Assembly (NCBI RefSeq): GCF_018336915.1
Contig: NZ_CP064923.1
Span: 3,060,001-3,092,000, forward strand
Direction of reading: 5' to 3'
DNA length: 32,000 nt
From: Acaryochloris marina S15
Lineage (GTDB): Bacteria; Cyanobacteriota; Cyanobacteriia; Thermosynechococcales; Thermosynechococcaceae
In this document: positions 24,183 to 32,000 of the stretch, one piece after another
How the letters are laid out: each line of letters begins with the position of its first letter
Position numbering within the stretch: position 1 is the stretch's first letter
Program-made: the position numbers and the translations under genes
The notes under the pieces: model-generated
What the model was told of the DNA's origin: nothing
The model's input: only the letters and a program-made list of their open reading frames with translations
Database searches by the model: none

Positions 24183-25799
24183 ATGGTCACCTCACTGATG
24201 GGAAATATGCCAATCGTAATCTCCTGCCGAAAAAAATTTTGGTTCAGTCCCGGCAGATTGAAACCTCTATCCCCACGGGCATTTCTCCTCAAGAGCTGTG
24301 GTTTGATGTTGGGGGTGATGGTGGCAGGTTGCGGGGATGCGATCGCAGCTCCAGAACAGCTGCAAACCCTTGATCGAGGGCATCGAATTCTGATCCAAAG
24401 GGGGCTGCAGCTGAACGCGCTGACCATTGGGTTCACCACCAAAGGAAAAGAAAATGATTCTGAGCTTTGGCAAAATTGGGAGGCTAGCCACTTTACTACC
24501 CTTGATGTGGGCGGCGAGCTATTGGCTCTACCCGAGTCGATCGCCGGCAAAAAGTCTTGGTCCACGTGGCGAGGCAATCCTAAAGATCCGACCCAAAGTC
24601 TGCCAGATCGACTCTTTCAGTCAGGGCAAATTAAGAATCTCGTCAGTTGGCAATATAAAGACGAACAAGATATTAGCGAAGAAAGTGAACTTCAAGAACT
24701 GGAAACCTGGATCAAGCATTACCGACCGCTACTCCCAAACACCCTCTTATATACCAATCAGCATGGTGATGAACGCTTTGGTGGTTTTGGCAGTACGCGT
24801 GACCTAACTATCCAGCGCTATATGCGTCGCATCCAGCCCGACTTGCTGATGCAAGATACCTATCCTTACGGGATTTGGAATGATTTGGGCAACCAAGGGG
24901 GGCGTCCCGCTCAGCTTTATTACGCTATGATCCGCTATCGCCGATTAGCCTTGGCTGGCAATGATGGTACAGGGCGTCGCCCCATTCCCTACGGATTATG
25001 GATTCAAACCTTCAAAGGGTCTGCTACTGGGGTAGGGACATGGACTCGCTTCCCATCTGAATCCGAACTGAGCCAGCAACAATTCGCAGCTCTGACACTG
25101 GGATTCAAACTCCTTAATGTCTTTACCTACAATGGCACCAGTGATGTTGGAGGGAAATTAAACGCTCCATTCTTCAATCAACCCTTCGGTAAACAACCCA
25201 CGCCAGCCTTCCAGCATATCGCCGAAATCAACCAGCAAAGCCTCAATTTAGGACCCACTTTGGTGAGATTACTCAGTACAGATGTGCGAATAATTCCCAG
25301 ACCCCCGACACTAACAGATTTAATCGCCCCTGATATCTCTCGTTGGGATACCAAGGCTGACCCTTATATGACTCGACTAGAAGTCAAAAACCTTGGAACT
25401 TTATATGGTGGGCGCAATGGCGATGTGCTGGTGGGGTATTTTAAGCCTTTACGAGAAAGCTTTGACGGTCCAGCCACCAATCAGCAATATTTTATGCTCA
25501 CGAATGGACTAGCAGGTAAGAAACATTCGATCGAGCAAACGCGCCAACAACTCACCGTCGAGTTTGATTTTGGCGAGAGCGAGATCACGGGGTTACAACG
25601 CCTCAATCGCAAAACCGGCAAAGTTGAACCCATTCAGGCCGGATGGACTGAGGAAGTGGCTCCGGGACTGAATTCTCGGTTTGATGCGGTTAGCGATCGC
25701 AAATACCGTCTCACCTTAATTCTCGACGGCGGGACAGGAGATCTATTTAAATTTGATACAGGTGCGACGTTTGTGGGGCAACAACAGACTCAGCTTTAG
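24183..25799 (+). CDS. Uncharacterised secreted protein, probable lipoprotein
   Basis: Long ORF with consistent coding character. Lipobox-like MVAG|C in ...RAFLLKSCGLMLGVMVAGCGDA. The true start is uncertain: ATG 24183/24198/24207, or TTG 24258, which would give a textbook 25-aa lipoprotein signal. No family recognised. Confidence 0.75.
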   Translation: MVTSLMGNMPIVISCRKKFWFSPGRLKPLSPRAFLLKSCGLMLGVMVAGCGDAIAAPEQLQTLDRGHRILIQRGLQLNALTIGFTTKGKENDSELWQNWEASHFTTLDVGGELLALPESIAGKKSWSTWRGNPKDPTQSLPDRLFQSGQIKNLVSWQYKDEQDISEESELQELETWIKHYRPLLPNTLLYTNQHGDERFGGFGSTRDLTIQRYMRRIQPDLLMQDTYPYGIWNDLGNQGGRPAQLYYAMIRYRRLALAGNDGTGRRPIPYGLWIQTFKGSATGVGTWTRFPSESELSQQQFAALTLGFKLLNVFTYNGTSDVGGKLNAPFFNQPFGKQPTPAFQHIAEINQQSLNLGPTLVRLLSTDVRIIPRPPTLTDLIAPDISRWDTKADPYMTRLEVKNLGTLYGGRNGDVLVGYFKPLRESFDGPATNQQYFMLTNGLAGKKHSIEQTRQQLTVEFDFGESEITGLQRLNRKTGKVEPIQAGWTEEVAPGLNSRFDAVSDRKYRLTLILDGGTGDLFKFDTGATFVGQQQTQL

Positions 25800-25819
25800 G
25801 CAGCCGTTTTCGTGAAGGA

Positions 25820-27046
25820 CTATTCAGGATCAACCCAACGACCATCAGATTTGATGAGGTTGATTAATTCTTCAACGCCTTCAGTCTCTGGTACCTTTTT
25901 CACTTCTTCTCTACCCCGATAAAGTGAAATGTAGCCAGGCTGTTTACCGACATAGCCGTAGTCTGCATCAGCCATCTCACCGGGACCATTGACGATACAG
26001 CCCATAACGGCAATATCTAGACCTGTAAGGTGGTTCGTTGCGGATCGCACTTGATGTAGAACATCTTCCAAGTTGAAAAGAGTTCGTCCACAGGAGGGAC
26101 AAGCCACATATTCCACCATGGTTTTGCGAAGGCCCAAGGCTTGCAAAATACTGTAGCAAACGGGAATTTCTTTTTCAGGAGATTCTGTCAGCGAAACTCG
26201 GAGCGTATCTCCAATCCCATCTGCCAACAGGGTGGCAATCCCGGCTGTAGATTTGATCCGTCCATATTCGCCATCCCCAGCTTCCGTCACGCCTAAATGC
26301 AGGGGGTAATCCATTCCCAGCGCATCCATACGCTGGGCCATCAGACGATAGGCAGCTAGCATCACGGGCACCCGAGACGCTTTCATGGAGATGACGAGAT
26401 TGTTGAAATTTAAGGACTGGCAGATGCGAATAAACTCTAGTGCTGATTCCACCATGCCTTCGGGAGTATCCCCGTAGGTGAATAGCATCCGCTCTGCGAG
26501 GGAGCCGTGGTTGACCCCAATGCGCATGGCCTTGTTTTGGTCTCGCAAGGAAATCACGAGAGGCTCCAGGGTTTCGCGAATTTTATCGCCAATATCTTCA
26601 AATTCGGATTGCGAAAATTCTGTCCGATCATCCTTGGCTTTCTCAAACACATACAGGCCCGGGTTGATCCGCACTTTATCAACATGCTTGGCCACCTCTA
26701 GGGCAATTTTCATGCCGTTATGGTGCACATCTGCAACGAGGGGGACGGTCTGGTAGGTTGCCGTTAATTTTTCCCTGATTGTGGCTAGGGCTTTGGCATG
26801 GGCCATGCTCGGCACGGTCACCCGAACAATTTCACAGCCCAACTCATGCAGACGACGGATGGCAGCTACGGAGCCATCAATGTCTAGGGTGTCTTCATTG
26901 ATCATGGACTGAACCACCACAGGGTGGTTTCCACCAATCATCACATCCCCAACGGGAACAGGGCGAGTCTTGCGTCGAATAATTGAAGTTGTGACTGGGG
27001 TGGACTGCTCGTCAGTTTCTTTGACAGAGGTTGATAAAGTCTGCAT
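25820..27046 (-). CDS. ispG: 4-hydroxy-3-methylbut-2-en-1-yl diphosphate synthase (MEP pathway)
   Basis: 408 aa. [23 protein letters not shown], and the [4Fe-4S] Cys ligands in VACPSCGRT...GCIVNGPGE. Confidence 0.95.
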   Translation of the reverse strand: MQTLSTSVKETDEQSTPVTTSIIRRKTRPVPVGDVMIGGNHPVVVQSMINEDTLDIDGSVAAIRRLHELGCEIVRVTVPSMAHAKALATIREKLTATYQTVPLVADVHHNGMKIALEVAKHVDKVRINPGLYVFEKAKDDRTEFSQSEFEDIGDKIRETLEPLVISLRDQNKAMRIGVNHGSLAERMLFTYGDTPEGMVESALEFIRICQSLNFNNLVISMKASRVPVMLAAYRLMAQRMDALGMDYPLHLGVTEAGDGEYGRIKSTAGIATLLADGIGDTLRVSLTESPEKEIPVCYSILQALGLRKTMVEYVACPSCGRTLFNLEDVLHQVRSATNHLTGLDIAVMGCIVNGPGEMADADYGYVGKQPGYISLYRGREEVKKVPETEGVEELINLIKSDGRWVDPE

Positions 27047-27235
27047 GGTGAAAGGGTTAAGGCCACGATAAGGAAACTCAAGGAGCAGTATCGCTCCACC
27101 CCCTAGCTTGCCATAGATCGATCCCCGTGTGGCGGTCGATTCATAGGGAATCCTGCTCTCTTATGGATGCTCCCCCTCACGGATAGTGGATTAGTATTGA
27201 TCCACTATGAAGACTTCCTATCTGAGAGAACGGTC

Positions 27236-27940
27236 CTATTCAACTACTGTGGAGCCTTGAGCACAGACGATTGTAGAGCCTGTTAGCTTAGGAGTACCTG
27301 GAGGAGTTTTAGTGGGCTCATTCGATTTGCAAATGGCGGAAACGGGAATGCTTGCGTCTTGAGCATAGACCGCACCTGTGTAGCTGAAGATACCGTTTTT
27401 TTTTGCGATCGCAGCCACGATTGCCTTATTCTCATTGGCCTCTAAAACCTGCAGTTGAAATTCACCGCTATCTTTGGGGGAATCAGATTCCAATTTCTGC
27501 AAATTCGTGGTGAATCGGCCTGTTACTAACTTCTCAGCCTGTTGCGATTGCAGCACATTATCCAAATAGGTTTGCCCCAAATCTTGTTTCGCAACAGCTC
27601 CTTTTTTTTGCACTTCTTTGTGGACTTTGCTTACCAGCTTTTTGTCTGATTTCGACAGCTCCACCTTAGGTGCAGGTGAGAGCTTCACCTTGGCTTTAGG
27701 AGGTGCAGATACAGGCTTTTGAACCGCTGGGCTAGTTTGAGAGGTTGGTTTTGCTGCCGTGGTGGGCTGAGGAGACACCTTAGGGGAAGGTTGAGGAGAC
27801 TGGGAATTCGGCGAACTCTCAGGCACCGGAGACTTTACATTAGGTTTTGGAGATTGCTGCACGGTCTTAGATCCTGAACAGCTAATCAGTAAGCTACTCG
27901 CAATCACACATAACCAATATCTGTTTCGAAGCCAAGCCAT
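27236..27940 (-). CDS. Pro/Ser-rich secreted lipoprotein; the C-terminal domain resembles cyanobacterial type IV pilin-like G/H-family proteins
   Basis: I prefer ATG 27940 (MAWLRNRYWLCVIASSLLISC, lipobox LISC) over the track start 28048. It has a long SP/QP-rich spacer and a C-terminal ...YLDNVLQSQQAEKLVTGRFTTNLQKLE... segment. The function call is tentative. Confidence 0.7.
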   Translation of the reverse strand: MAWLRNRYWLCVIASSLLISCSGSKTVQQSPKPNVKSPVPESSPNSQSPQPSPKVSPQPTTAAKPTSQTSPAVQKPVSAPPKAKVKLSPAPKVELSKSDKKLVSKVHKEVQKKGAVAKQDLGQTYLDNVLQSQQAEKLVTGRFTTNLQKLESDSPKDSGEFQLQVLEANENKAIVAAIAKKNGIFSYTGAVYAQDASIPVSAICKSNEPTKTPPGTPKLTGSTIVCAQGSTVVE

Positions 27941-28302
27941 AGTCTTAAAATATTTAGAAAAATTACATCTGTCGTTCTCTAAGTTGAGTCTTCCCCAAAA
28001 AGATAAATAAGGACACAGCTTCAAAACACATGGCCTAGGCAATGCCACAGCGGAACACTGTTTATCCTCTTGTTAAAGATTGATATTATTTTCACCAGTT
28101 ATTCAGTTTGAGTTTTCATAAGTTGTAGCAGCTAACACTGTTTTCTCTTCTGATTTAGCGAAGGATAAAAGCAACTTGTTTTACTCCTAAGCTCAAGTTC
28201 TGCTTGATGTTTTGTCCTTCGCTACTTTCGTAGAACTATGAGGGCATTCTAACCATCAGCTTGATGTGTAGTTGATTCGATAGGGATGTCCCACCCTTGA
28301 TC

Positions 28303-29292
28303 ATGACCTCACCCTTTTTTCCCGTCACCTACTCAACCCTTGCTTGTGATGCTTTGGTATCTAGGATCCTGCCTCATTTTCAGATCAAAGATATTACCCA
28401 TTGCAAGTTATGGCACCGTGGTTTGAGTGATGTCTACTTAGTTGAAACTGCGGTTCAATCATTTGTGCTCAGGGTGTCCCATGCCCATTGGCGAACCAAA
28501 TCAGAAATTGATTTTGAGTTGGAATTATTGGTTTTTTTGCAACAAAGGGACATCCCGGTTGCCCGTCCATTACACACCCTAGACGGTCAACTATCTATCG
28601 AGATCGCAGCACCTGAAGGAAAACGGTATGCGGCTTTATTTGATTTTGCACCAGGCCAGGTTCCCTTAGGAGATTTGAGTCATACCCAAGGCCAAAAACT
28701 AGGAGAAACCATCGGTCGTCTCCATCAGGTGGCCACCGATTTTCACAGTCAGGCCCATCGACAGCCTTTAACCCTTGATTATTTATTGGACGATTCCTTA
28801 GATGCGATCGCACCCTTTCTCCAACATCGTCCCCAAGATCGTGAGTACCTAATCGAAATCATTTCCGAAATTAAGAACAAATTGCAAGGCATGCCCAAAG
28901 ACCCGCCTTTTTGGAGCGTATGCTGGGGCGATCCCCATAGTGGCAATGTTCATTTCACCGACGACAATCAAGTCACCTTATTTGACTTTGATCAATGTGG
29001 CTACGGTTGGCGGGCCTTCGAACTAGCTAAGTTTTTACATGTGTCGGCCCGCACTGGCATGCAAAAGAAAGTGCGCAACTCTTTTCTAGAGGGCTATCAA
29101 ACCGTTCAAGCGGTTACACCCAAGGAAGAAGACTCGATTCAACCGTTTTCCCAAGCGGCCCACATTTGGCAATGGTCTATTGGGTTGAAATCAGCCAAGG
29201 TTCACGACAATTGCCGTTTAGACGATAGTTATTTCAGTCAGCGAATTCAACAGCTCAAAATGCTGTCTTCCCCCGAATGGGAGCTGTTCTAG
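28303..29292 (+). CDS. Phosphotransferase of the APH / choline-kinase / homoserine-kinase-II superfamily
   Basis: Brenner-type catalytic loop GDPHSGNVHF and metal-binding LFDFDQCGYG. The ATG at 28303 is two codons inside the TTG-initiated track ORF. Confidence 0.85.
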   Translation: MTSPFFPVTYSTLACDALVSRILPHFQIKDITHCKLWHRGLSDVYLVETAVQSFVLRVSHAHWRTKSEIDFELELLVFLQQRDIPVARPLHTLDGQLSIEIAAPEGKRYAALFDFAPGQVPLGDLSHTQGQKLGETIGRLHQVATDFHSQAHRQPLTLDYLLDDSLDAIAPFLQHRPQDREYLIEIISEIKNKLQGMPKDPPFWSVCWGDPHSGNVHFTDDNQVTLFDFDQCGYGWRAFELAKFLHVSARTGMQKKVRNSFLEGYQTVQAVTPKEEDSIQPFSQAAHIWQWSIGLKSAKVHDNCRLDDSYFSQRIQQLKMLSSPEWELF

Positions 29293-29639
29293 CCCACTTT
29301 GACGATTTTTCGATCCACTGCCTTGAGATAGCTGCGGCAGTTGGGACAGCGTTTCAAGGTTGGCGGTACGGATTGGACAACACGACACTTAGGGCAAGGA
29401 CCTCTGGCAACGGACCATTGTAAAAAGACCCCCAATCCCGATAACACACCCCATAAAGGGATGACATACCATAGCCAGGGTCTAGGATATTGAGGAATCA
29501 GCACCAAGACAATACCAATGATTAGGGTCATGACGCTGGACCAGCCGACGCCGCCGACAATGCGCATGGAATTCGTAAAGTCCTGATCCTCTGGAGCAGA
29601 AGCTTGATAAGAGGTTGAGGAAGAAGCACGCTTGGCCAT
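29289..29639 (-). CDS. Small membrane protein with a C-terminal CxxC...CxxC zinc ribbon
   Basis: 116 aa. Two hydrophobic helices, then CPKCRVVQSVPPTLKRCPNC. Its 3' end overlaps the convergent phosphotransferase gene by 4 nt. Confidence 0.7.
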   Translation of the reverse strand: MAKRASSSTSYQASAPEDQDFTNSMRIVGGVGWSSVMTLIIGIVLVLIPQYPRPWLWYVIPLWGVLSGLGVFLQWSVARGPCPKCRVVQSVPPTLKRCPNCRSYLKAVDRKIVKVG

Positions 29640-30056
29640 GGTGACAGAGATTGAACGCTAATGGCTTCGATCCTACCTTGAATGCTCTCGGTGTAGCACT
29701 CCATGAGTGAGCAACAGAGAAAAGGAACTGAATTATGGGTTCATGGCAATATTTTTTTATCTCATGAAATCCTTTTGGTGTCAGGGTTTTTGAACATGAA
29801 TCCAGTTTTTTTCCTAAATCTTTCTCGAACTTTGCGTAAAAGCTTCAGAGCCAACCGATATATAGGCATAGGGGCGCAAGCTTCTATAAATCCTCTAATG
29901 CAGATATCACCTGCTAATGGCTCTAAAATCTACTTTTGGGGCCTTTTTTCTTTGATTTATATAAAGAAATGACCGTTCAGAATCTCTCTGTGGCACTGTA
30001 GACTCATATCGCTACGTAGGCAGCCTACCTTTAGCATTACAGAGAGAGTCCAAATT

Positions 30057-30233
30057 ATGGATAGTCAGTTCAAGACCCTCGTCGTATTTAGTCACGCCAC
30101 GATGATTGTCATGCTCATGGTTACCCTATTTTGGCTGTCAAATTCTTGGCCCAATTTGTTACCTGGCTCATTTCTACCGGCGCAGGAGCAAAATCAGATT
30201 ATCAACCCTTCCCTCAATTGGCCGCAGTCCTAG
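30057..30233 (+). CDS. Possible 58-aa single-pass membrane protein (not in the ORF track, below its size cut-off)
   Basis: ATG 30057 preceded by GAGAGAG. Translation is MDSQFKTLVVFSHATMIVMLMVTLFWLSNSWPNLLPGSFLPAQEQNQIINPSLNWPQS, then TAG at 30231-30233. Confidence 0.3.
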   Translation: MDSQFKTLVVFSHATMIVMLMVTLFWLSNSWPNLLPGSFLPAQEQNQIINPSLNWPQS

Positions 30234-30347
30234 CTTCTGAAGACAGAAGACGTCTGTTTAGATAGGATTGCTGACTAGACTGCCCCAAAGAATATTCATT
30301 TACGCCAAACATTTTAGCCAGGGATTTGTCTACACTCTTAAATTGAG

Positions 30348-31670
30348 GTGAAGATTATCTCTTTGTCTCAATTATTGAAGTGTGGATGCGTGGCAGTGGC
30401 AACAACCCAAAGAAGCGAACAGAATCAATCAGAACCCAAACAACCCCAACGCTCTAGGGATTGGTCATGGCCCTATTGGCCATTTGTCCCCCTGTACCCC
30501 TATAGTCAACGCCGCACCCTCTGCCGAGAGATCATCAAAGGAAAAATTTGGACCTTTGAGCAGCTCCAGGGCATTCTTTATGTGATTATCCCCGTGCGGA
30601 TGACGGTCATTAAATTAGCTGCTGGGGGGTTGTTGGTTTATGCGCCAGTTGCCCCCACACGGGAATGTATCCGCCTGGTCAAAGACCTAATTGAAAAGCA
30701 TGGTGAGATTAAATACATTATCCTGCCGACTGCTTCTGGGATTGAGCATAAGGTGTTTACGGGGCCTTTCTCTAAGCGGTTTCCACAGGCCCAAGTTTTT
30801 GTCTCACCTAGCCAATGGACGTTTCCACTCAATATCCCCTTGAGTTGGCTGGGGCTGTCTCGTCGCCAAACCCAAGAACTACCAGCCAATAGTGCAGATA
30901 CTCCCTTTGCCGATGAATTTGACTATGCCATTTTAGGTCCCGTGGATTTGGGCCTAGGTCCATTTGAAGAAGTCGCTCTTTTTCATAAACAATCCAAAAC
31001 TTTGCTGGTAACAGACTCCATTGTTTCTATTCCCGTGAACCCACCCCAGGTGTTACAGTTTGCCCCCTATCCGATGCTATTCCATGCCAAAAATAATGCC
31101 TTTGACGTAGTTGAAGATACGCCAACGGTCCGGCGCAAAGGGTGGCAACGTATGGCCCTATTCGCCTTCTATTTCCAGCCGAGTGTGTTAGACGTTGTGA
31201 ATACAAAACAGACTTTTAAGGATGCCCGGAAAGCTCCTGATCGATCCAAGAAAGCTTATTTTGGCTTATTTCCCGTACAGTGGAATCCAGATTGGAAGAG
31301 AGCCTTCGATGCATTCCGCCAAGATGGAAATCCGATTGTGGCACCCATTCTGCGAAAACTGATTTTTAATCGCAATCCAGAGATGGTACTCCAGTGGGCT
31401 GATCGAGTGGCTCAATGGAATTTTCGTCGCATTATTCCCTGCCATTTAGATGCGCCTGTTATGACCACGCCCCAGAAATTTAGTCAGGCTTTTGACTTTT
31501 TGCGGCCTTTACCACCTCCTAAACGAGGGTGGTTTGCTAAAAAACAACCCATCTCAGTGAGCTTTCCCAAGGAAGATATGGCCTTTTTGGATCGGGTGGA
31601 TCGATTCTTGTGCGATCGCAACATTACACCACCGGCTAAATCCTTGCCTAGAGAGACCTCAGAGCAATAG
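30348..31670 (+). CDS. Conserved cyanobacterial/plastid-lineage protein, DUF4336-like
   Basis: 440 aa. IWTFEQLQGILYVIIPVRMTVIKLAAGGLLVYAPVAPTRECIRLVKDL..HGEIKYIILPT...EHKVF matches my memory of DUF4336. GTG start at 30348, so the true start is uncertain. Confidence 0.8.
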   Translation: MKIISLSQLLKCGCVAVATTQRSEQNQSEPKQPQRSRDWSWPYWPFVPLYPYSQRRTLCREIIKGKIWTFEQLQGILYVIIPVRMTVIKLAAGGLLVYAPVAPTRECIRLVKDLIEKHGEIKYIILPTASGIEHKVFTGPFSKRFPQAQVFVSPSQWTFPLNIPLSWLGLSRRQTQELPANSADTPFADEFDYAILGPVDLGLGPFEEVALFHKQSKTLLVTDSIVSIPVNPPQVLQFAPYPMLFHAKNNAFDVVEDTPTVRRKGWQRMALFAFYFQPSVLDVVNTKQTFKDARKAPDRSKKAYFGLFPVQWNPDWKRAFDAFRQDGNPIVAPILRKLIFNRNPEMVLQWADRVAQWNFRRIIPCHLDAPVMTTPQKFSQAFDFLRPLPPPKRGWFAKKQPISVSFPKEDMAFLDRVDRFLCDRNITPPAKSLPRETSEQ

Positions 31671-31709
31671 TTTCTTGTTGTTGGATGCTTGGATCAAGGC
31701 GATCGCTCT

Positions 31710-31831
31710 GGGAGCATGTCACCTTTGCAATCTAGTATTTATACTTATCCCAGAAATCCTTGCTAGTCTTGCTTTCAGACATCAAATTTCTGATTACAAA
31801 TTTTGTGCATCTGCAAAGGTGACATGCTCCC
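31710..31831. repeat. Perfect 20-bp inverted repeat with an 82-nt spacer, downstream of the DUF4336-like gene
   Basis: GGGAGCATGTCACCTTTGCA (31710-31729) and its exact reverse complement TGCAAAGGTGACATGCTCCC (31812-31831). Confidence 0.6.
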
Positions 31832-32000
31832 CATGCCAACCACCACGAAGCTCAGAATGCCGCTTTAAGGGGACGATGTAGTGCTTATCGAAGGAGACAG
31901 AATCTCTACGCCAAGAAGCTGTCAGGGTTACAGCGGGTGTTAGACGTACAACGACTGATTCATAACTGAGTTAGGCCAAATTGAGGCCTCAGTAAGCAAA

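Noticed and set aside
24125-24577. 150-aa minus-strand ORF
   Set aside because: It overlaps the 5' end of the long plus-strand ORF. It is Pro/Ser/Arg-rich in composition, and no start context or motif is visible.
29703-29972. 89-aa plus-strand ORF in the 29.6-30.05 kb spacer
   Set aside because: It lies in an AT-rich spacer and its translation looks random. I kept only the better-supported 58-aa ORF at 30057 as a low-confidence feature.
1-32000. Search for CRISPR arrays, rRNA genes, tRNA genes and long tandem repeats
   Set aside because: I saw no regularly spaced direct repeats, no rRNA-like conserved blocks and no complete cloverleaf. The only repeats are those listed: the IS ends and target duplication, the MITE-like inverted repeat, the 20-bp inverted repeat and the 10-bp direct repeat.

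Overview
The window is cyanobacterial chromosomal DNA. By eye it carries about 17 copies of the HIP1 octamer GCGATCGC, plus ndhJ, glnN, ispG, glk and scpB. I support about 27 coding regions, one complete insertion sequence, three pseudogene fragments, a MITE-like inverted repeat and a few terminator hairpins. I found no rRNA, tRNA or CRISPR array.

Both flanks (1-14.5 kb and 21.2-32 kb) are ordinary housekeeping or carbohydrate-metabolism genes: ino1, scpB, glk, a MerA-like flavoprotein, a GH13 alpha-glucosidase, a GH84/O-GlcNAcase-like protein, ppk2, glnN, an FTR1 permease, then an aminotransferase, a VanY-like peptidase, ispG and others.

The middle (about 15.3-21.2 kb) looks accessory. It lies within the window's largest HIP1-free gap (14.1-22.2 kb) and starts with a strongly AT-rich tract. 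It holds the most interesting locus: a gene fusing a caspase-type (orthocaspase) protease to an FGE-sulfatase domain. An intact ISAs1-family IS with a perfect 10-bp target duplication splits this gene, and a 1-nt frameshift damages it further. It is flanked by two paralogous small ORFs of the Trypco2/Pepco type, a partner domain of peptidase effectors in predicted conflict systems. The downstream copy (123 aa) is intact. The upstream copy is dead, with TGG->TAG and a 3' truncation just upstream of a G5/C5-hairpin MITE-like element. A DUF433/DUF5615 toxin-antitoxin pair abuts the locus.

All function calls come from reading the translations against remembered family motifs. No database search was run.
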